Below are positions 60,079 to 64,000 of a DNA stretch of 64,000 nucleotides, piece after piece (position 1 is the stretch's first letter; each line of letters begins with the position of its first letter). The notes below the pieces were generated by a model. That model saw only the letters and a list, made by a program, of their open reading frames with translations. It was not told the origin of the DNA and did not search any database. A program made the position numbers and the translations under genes. This stretch comes from Candidatus Omnitrophota bacterium (GTDB lineage: Bacteria > Omnitrophota > Gorgyraeia > Zapsychrales > JANLHA01), in assembly GCA_020632535.1 (NCBI GenBank), contig JACKFJ010000002.1:190331-254330 (forward strand), read 5' to 3'.

Positions 60079-60099
60079 TCTCCAGAGACTATTTTGACA

Positions 60100-60309
60100 A
60101 TGACCAAAGCTTTGTTGTTTGTGATTCGTATTTATCAAAAGATAAGTCGACTTTTGTTTGTACCGAGTTGTCGATTTTATCCTTCCTGCTCCTGCTATGC
60201 CCTTGAAGCCATTGAAAAACATGGTGTCTTTCGAGGAGTTTTAAAAACCATGTTCCGTATTTTACGATGTTCGCCACTCTCCGCCGGTGGCCATGATCCC
60301 GTTAGGTAA
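60100..60309 (+). CDS. yidD: Membrane protein insertion efficiency factor YidD
   Basis: IRIYQKISRLLFVPSCRFYPSCSCYALEAIEKHGVFRGVLKTMFRILRCSPLSAGGHDPV is the canonical YidD sequence. ATG 60100 is preferred over the track's TTG at 60094. Confidence 0.9.
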   Translation: MTKALLFVIRIYQKISRLLFVPSCRFYPSCSCYALEAIEKHGVFRGVLKTMFRILRCSPLSAGGHDPVR

Positions 60310-60315
60310 AAAAAT

Positions 60316-61881
60316 ATGCAAAAAAGAATACTCATAGCCTTTCTTCTATCATTTGTAGTTCTCTCGGTGTGGTCCGCTATTTTTCCGCCACCCAAAAGGG
60401 TCATAACAGAAAGCACACAAGTTATTGATAATAAAGAGCTTAAGAGTGAAATCGATCAGAGTGTTGACACGATCGATGTGTCGCCGGCATTATCGACAGT
60501 CGTTGAAGAGGAAACTCAGATTCTTGAAAATAATAAAATTGCGGCAGAATTTTCAAATGTTGGCGGATCGTTAAAGTCTGTGACGATTAAGGAGTATAAT
60601 ACATCGTTACCGATAACAAAAATCTTTACAGTTGAAAAATTTGATAACGTCAAATTCACATTAAAGAACATTTCTAAAAGTGAAATTGTTTATGTGTATC
60701 AAAATGACGGAAAAACTATAACAAAAAAGTATGAATTATCGGACAATGACTATTTGATCACCGTAAATGTCCAAACTGAAAAAATGTCCATTCTGAATAT
60801 TGATGCGTACACCATTGATTCGCAATATCTGGATAAGGGTATTTTTCAATCACCCGAAAAGGCTTTACACGAATATTCCATAGGATTAATCAATAAAATC
60901 ATTCGTCATGGAAATGCGATTGAGTTTAGCGTCAAAGATAATAAGAGTGAGGCTGGTGAGATTTCTTGGATAGGTTATAGAGATAGATACTTCTGTTTAG
61001 TTATAAAGCCTAAATTTAAGGCAAGCGAATTTTCTGCAAATTTTAAGGATAAAAATCAGCTTTTACTTAAATTCACGCCATCTGACAAAAGTTTAAATAA
61101 TTATTCTGCAACTATTTATGCGGGACCACAAAAATTAAGCTTGTTAAGTAGCTATAAAGAGGGATTTGAAAACATAATGGTTTTTAGCGCCTGGAGTTTC
61201 TTAGACATCTGCGCAAAAGTCATTTATGGATTTGTTCATATATTGCACGGCGTTGTTAAAAATTGGGGATTAGCCATTATATTGCTTGGAATTAGTATTT
61301 TTGGTTTAACTTATCCTTTGACGGCAAAAACGATGACGTCGATGAGAAAAATGCAGGCATTGCAGCCAAAAATGAAAAGCTTGCAAGAAAAATATAAGAA
61401 AGATCCGCAACGTTTGAACAAAGAGATGATGGAATTATATAAGGAAAACAAGGTTAATCCTTTTGGTGGATGTTTTCCAATGCTTTTGCAAATGCCAATT
61501 TTTCTTGGGCTTTATCAGGTTTTGTGGCGCTCGGTGGACTTTAAGGGCGCACAATTTTTGTGGATAAAAGATTTGTCGATGCCGGATCGATTGGCGACCA
61601 TGCCATTTAGTTTACCATTTCTTGGTAATGAATTTAATATTTTGCCACTATTGATGGCGGTGACAATGTTTTTTCAGCAAAAGTTTAGTTCAAAAAACAT
61701 GGTTATTGCAGACGAGAATCAATTGATGCAACAAAAAATGATGTTGATCTTAATGCCGGTTATGATGGGCTTTATTTTCTATCATTTTGCCAGTGGCCTG
61801 TCTTTGTATTTTACCGTATTCTATTTATTGTCCACTCTGATGCAGTGGAAAATGTCCAAAGTGAGTCCAATAGCAAAATGA
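60316..61881 (+). CDS. yidC: Membrane protein insertase YidC (521 aa)
   Basis: The C-terminal 60-kDa IMP core reads GLAIILLGISIFGLTYPLTAKTMTSMRKMQALQPKMKSLQEKYKKDPQRLNKEMMELYKENKVNPFGGCFPMLLQMPIFLGLY. Confidence 0.95.
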   Translation: MQKRILIAFLLSFVVLSVWSAIFPPPKRVITESTQVIDNKELKSEIDQSVDTIDVSPALSTVVEEETQILENNKIAAEFSNVGGSLKSVTIKEYNTSLPITKIFTVEKFDNVKFTLKNISKSEIVYVYQNDGKTITKKYELSDNDYLITVNVQTEKMSILNIDAYTIDSQYLDKGIFQSPEKALHEYSIGLINKIIRHGNAIEFSVKDNKSEAGEISWIGYRDRYFCLVIKPKFKASEFSANFKDKNQLLLKFTPSDKSLNNYSATIYAGPQKLSLLSSYKEGFENIMVFSAWSFLDICAKVIYGFVHILHGVVKNWGLAIILLGISIFGLTYPLTAKTMTSMRKMQALQPKMKSLQEKYKKDPQRLNKEMMELYKENKVNPFGGCFPMLLQMPIFLGLYQVLWRSVDFKGAQFLWIKDLSMPDRLATMPFSLPFLGNEFNILPLLMAVTMFFQQKFSSKNMVIADENQLMQQKMMLILMPVMMGFIFYHFASGLSLYFTVFYLLSTLMQWKMSKVSPIAK

Positions 61882-62069
61882 GCAACAATGTCCATTCTGA
61901 AGAATTTGAGGGGGCAGATGTCGAAGAGGCCATAAGGAAAGCTATGGCTCATTTTTCTTCTTCGCGCGAGGAATTAGAAATCAAGGTTGTTCGTGAGGAG
62001 AAAAAAGGGTTGTTTGGCATGGCTGGCGAAAAAACAGCAAAAATTAAAGTTTTTCTGAAGAATAAATAG
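61878..62069 (+). CDS. Short Jag/KhpB N-terminal-domain-only protein (63 aa)
   Basis: ATG 61878 overlaps the yidC stop (ATGA). FEGADVEEAIRKAMAHFSSSREELEIKVVREEKKGLFGMAGEKTAKIKVF matches the Jag_N pattern. No KH or R3H domain follows. Confidence 0.6.
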   Translation: MSNNVHSEEFEGADVEEAIRKAMAHFSSSREELEIKVVREEKKGLFGMAGEKTAKIKVFLKNK

Positions 62070-62079
62070 ATTATATCAG

Positions 62080-62095
62080 CGTTTCACGTGAAACA
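62080..62095. promoter_or_regulatory. parS centromere-like site
   Basis: CGTTTCACGTGAAACA matches the parS consensus TGTTTCACGTGAAACA at 15 of 16 positions. It lies 20 nt upstream of parA. Confidence 0.85.
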
Positions 62096-62115
62096 GCCGG
62101 TGCGGGGTTCGAGAA

Positions 62116-63000
62116 ATGGCAAGAATTATATCAGTATGTAATCAAAAGGGTGGAACTGGAAAAACTACAACCTCTGTTAATCTTTCCCATGCTTTGTCGC
62201 AAAGTGGCAAGAGGGTTTTAATTGTTGACACGGATCCGCAGGGTAACTCAACAAGCGGTGTAGGTGTCAATAAAAATGTTATTGAAAAATCGGTTTACGA
62301 TGTCCTTTTAAACAAGCATACGGTCGCTGAAGCGCGTATGCTTAGTGTTTATCCGAATCTCGATATTATTCCTTGTAATATTAATCTTACTGGAGCAGAA
62401 ATAGAGCTTGTTGGAGCTTTGTCGCGCGAGACGCGCTTGCGCAAAGCTTTGAGCGCTGTTAGAGAAGAATATGATTTTATATTTATTGATTCTCCGCCGT
62501 CACTCGGTCTTCTAACATTAAATGCTTTGGTGGCGAGCGATTCGATAATAATTCCAATTCAATGTGAATTTTATGCCTTAGAGGGTGTATCGCAATTATT
62601 GCAGACAATTAATCTTATTAAGGATGGATTAAATCCTGCGCTTGAGATTGAAGGCGTGCTTATGACAATGGCAGATTTTCGTACAAATTTAACATCAGAG
62701 GTTATTAAGGAAATAAAAAATTATTTTAATGATAAGGTTTATGAATCAATTATTCCTCGCAATGTTAAGTTGAGCGAAGCCCCGAGTTACGGCAAGCCGA
62801 TTGTTGTTTATGATGGCGCTTCAATAGGAGCTAAGAAATATATGGAATTGGCGGACGAGGTGCTGCGGGCAGAATCGATTAGAAGTGGTGATAAATCTTT
62901 GCAGCACAACAACTTATCATCTGTAGAAAAAAGAATAGATTTTGAAAAATTTGAAAAAGTTCACGGTGAGTTTGAAAAACCAAAAGCAGAAGATATTTAG
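62116..63000 (+). CDS. parA: Chromosome partitioning ATPase ParA/Soj (294 aa, with a C-terminal extension of about 40 aa)
   Basis: IISVCNQKGGTGKTTTSVNLSHAL...VLIVDTDPQGNST...FIFIDSPPSLG is canonical ParA sequence. Confidence 0.95.
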   Translation: MARIISVCNQKGGTGKTTTSVNLSHALSQSGKRVLIVDTDPQGNSTSGVGVNKNVIEKSVYDVLLNKHTVAEARMLSVYPNLDIIPCNINLTGAEIELVGALSRETRLRKALSAVREEYDFIFIDSPPSLGLLTLNALVASDSIIIPIQCEFYALEGVSQLLQTINLIKDGLNPALEIEGVLMTMADFRTNLTSEVIKEIKNYFNDKVYESIIPRNVKLSEAPSYGKPIVVYDGASIGAKKYMELADEVLRAESIRSGDKSLQHNNLSSVEKRIDFEKFEKVHGEFEKPKAEDI

Positions 63001-63017
63001 GCCGCAGGAGGATGTTT

Positions 63018-63884
63018 ATGGAAAGTCGAGCATTGGGAAGAGGATTGTCAGCGTTAATTCCAGAAAAATCTCTTGAAAAATCATCAGATTTGCCGGAGAA
63101 ACGTCCCGAAGATGTCGCTTTTTTGAAAACAGCTAAGATCAAGAATAATGCGCAGCAACCACGAACGCATTATGATAGCTTAAAACTTGATGAGTTAAAA
63201 AGTTCGATTAAAGATAAGGGGTTTTTACAGCCAATTTTAGTGAGAGTCGACGGCGATGGGTATGAGGTCATTGCTGGCGAGCGCCGTTTGCGGGCTGCTC
63301 GTGAACTTGGTTTAGAAGAAGTTCCTGCGATTATTAAAGATGTTTCATTGCAAGAAGCCTTTGTTCTTGCTCTTGTTGAAAATATTCAACGTGAGGAGCT
63401 TAATGCTATTGAAGAGGCACAAGCTTTTGCGCGTTTGACCGAAGAATATAAATTATCACGCGAGGAAATTGCAAAAGCGGTTGCTAAGGATCCGTCGACG
63501 ATTAGTAATGCGATGAGACTTTTGAGTTTGCCAGAATATATTCAAGAGGCTGTTATGGATCAAAAGATTTCGATGGGTCACGCTCGGGCGCTTTTGGCCG
63601 TTAGCAATGATGTGAGACAGAGACAACTTTTTGATAAAATTATTGCTAAAGGGTTGTCAGTTAGAGAGTTAGAGTCGCTAATTAAATCTGAAGGTCACAC
63701 GCTTTTGCGTCACGCGAAACGCGAAAAACCAAGAAATGCCGATTTGGTTTCGATCGAAGAAGAATTGCAACGTATTGTTGGCTCAAAGGTTCGCATTCAG
63801 GCGCAGAAAAAACGAGGAAAAGTTATTATTGAGTATTACTCGTATGATGATCTTGAAAGAATTCTTAAGCTTTTGAAGAAATAA
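63018..63884 (+). CDS. parB: Chromosome partitioning protein ParB/Spo0J
   Basis: LGRGLSALIP...QPRTHYD...LKSSIKDKGFLQPILVR...YEVIAGERRLRAA...VENIQREELNAIEEA is canonical ParB sequence. GGAGG is positioned for ATG 63018. The track start is 63012. Confidence 0.95.
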   Translation: MESRALGRGLSALIPEKSLEKSSDLPEKRPEDVAFLKTAKIKNNAQQPRTHYDSLKLDELKSSIKDKGFLQPILVRVDGDGYEVIAGERRLRAARELGLEEVPAIIKDVSLQEAFVLALVENIQREELNAIEEAQAFARLTEEYKLSREEIAKAVAKDPSTISNAMRLLSLPEYIQEAVMDQKISMGHARALLAVSNDVRQRQLFDKIIAKGLSVRELESLIKSEGHTLLRHAKREKPRNADLVSIEEELQRIVGSKVRIQAQKKRGKVIIEYYSYDDLERILKLLKK

Positions 63885-63907
63885 ATATTGATAGAAAGTA
63901 TTTTTTT

Positions 63908-64000
63908 ATGAAAAATGATTATGTTTTAGTTGTATTGAAGCCGGATGTGATGGCCAAGGGTTTAATGGGACATGTTTTTTCACGACTTTCTGAAACAGGT
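63908..64000 (+). CDS. ndk: Nucleoside diphosphate kinase, 5' fragment (runs off the window)
   Basis: MKNDYVLVVLKPDVMAKGLMGHVFSRLSETG matches the NDK N-terminus pattern (ERTxxxIKPDxVxxGLxGxIxxRFExxG). Confidence 0.6.
   Translation, partial: MKNDYVLVVLKPDVMAKGLMGHVFSRLSETG

Overview
The window is origin-proximal bacterial chromosome, translated with the standard code and moderately AT-rich. It has three parts.

(1) 51.3-64 kb is a conserved housekeeping block. On the minus strand: tRNA-Glu, gyrA, gyrB, a DUF721 gene, dnaN and dnaA. After an AT-rich intergenic region, on the plus strand: rpmH, yidD, yidC, a short jag-like gene, parS, parA, parB and the 5' end of ndk. A GST, a C-N hydrolase and mdh lie just to the left.

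(2) 29.8-48.6 kb is a large minus-strand Tad/Flp-type pilus locus:
- a parvulin-like lipoprotein and CpaB;
- a secretin with a TonB_C-like tail;
- a ParA/TadZ-like::CpaF/TadA fusion ATPase and a DUF192 gene;
- an inserted gene for a 578-aa HTH protein, plus a divergent zinc-ribbon gene;
- seven tandem Flp-type pilin paralogs;
- TadE-like pseudopilins and a 1238-aa Cys-rich TadG-like protein;
- TadB and TadC.

(3) 1-29.2 kb appears empty in the ORF track. By hand translation it is one uninterrupted minus-strand reading frame of at least 9,712 codons. It starts at 29136 or 29169 and has no stop before the window edge, which is probably why an ATG-to-stop caller dropped it. The encoded giant protein contains, in order:
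- an N-terminal TM anchor and a C39-like cysteine peptidase domain;
- beta-rich degenerate repeats and a Gly/Ala-rich hydrophobic block;
- a coiled coil and an SNF2/DEAH-like motif set;
- two degenerate GGDEF-like domains bracketed by a duplicated module with Pro-rich linkers;
- a polytopic hydrophobic tail.

A recurring motif, ATAATGTCCAATCTGA, forms inverted-repeat pairs around the 5' ends of the giant gene and of the HTH-protein gene. It also forms the terminator hairpin between the Tad operon and the giant gene.

The main candidate for a novel system is the giant gene, the atypical Tad locus, the HTH protein and this shared motif. All domain calls come from motif recognition by eye. No database search was possible.
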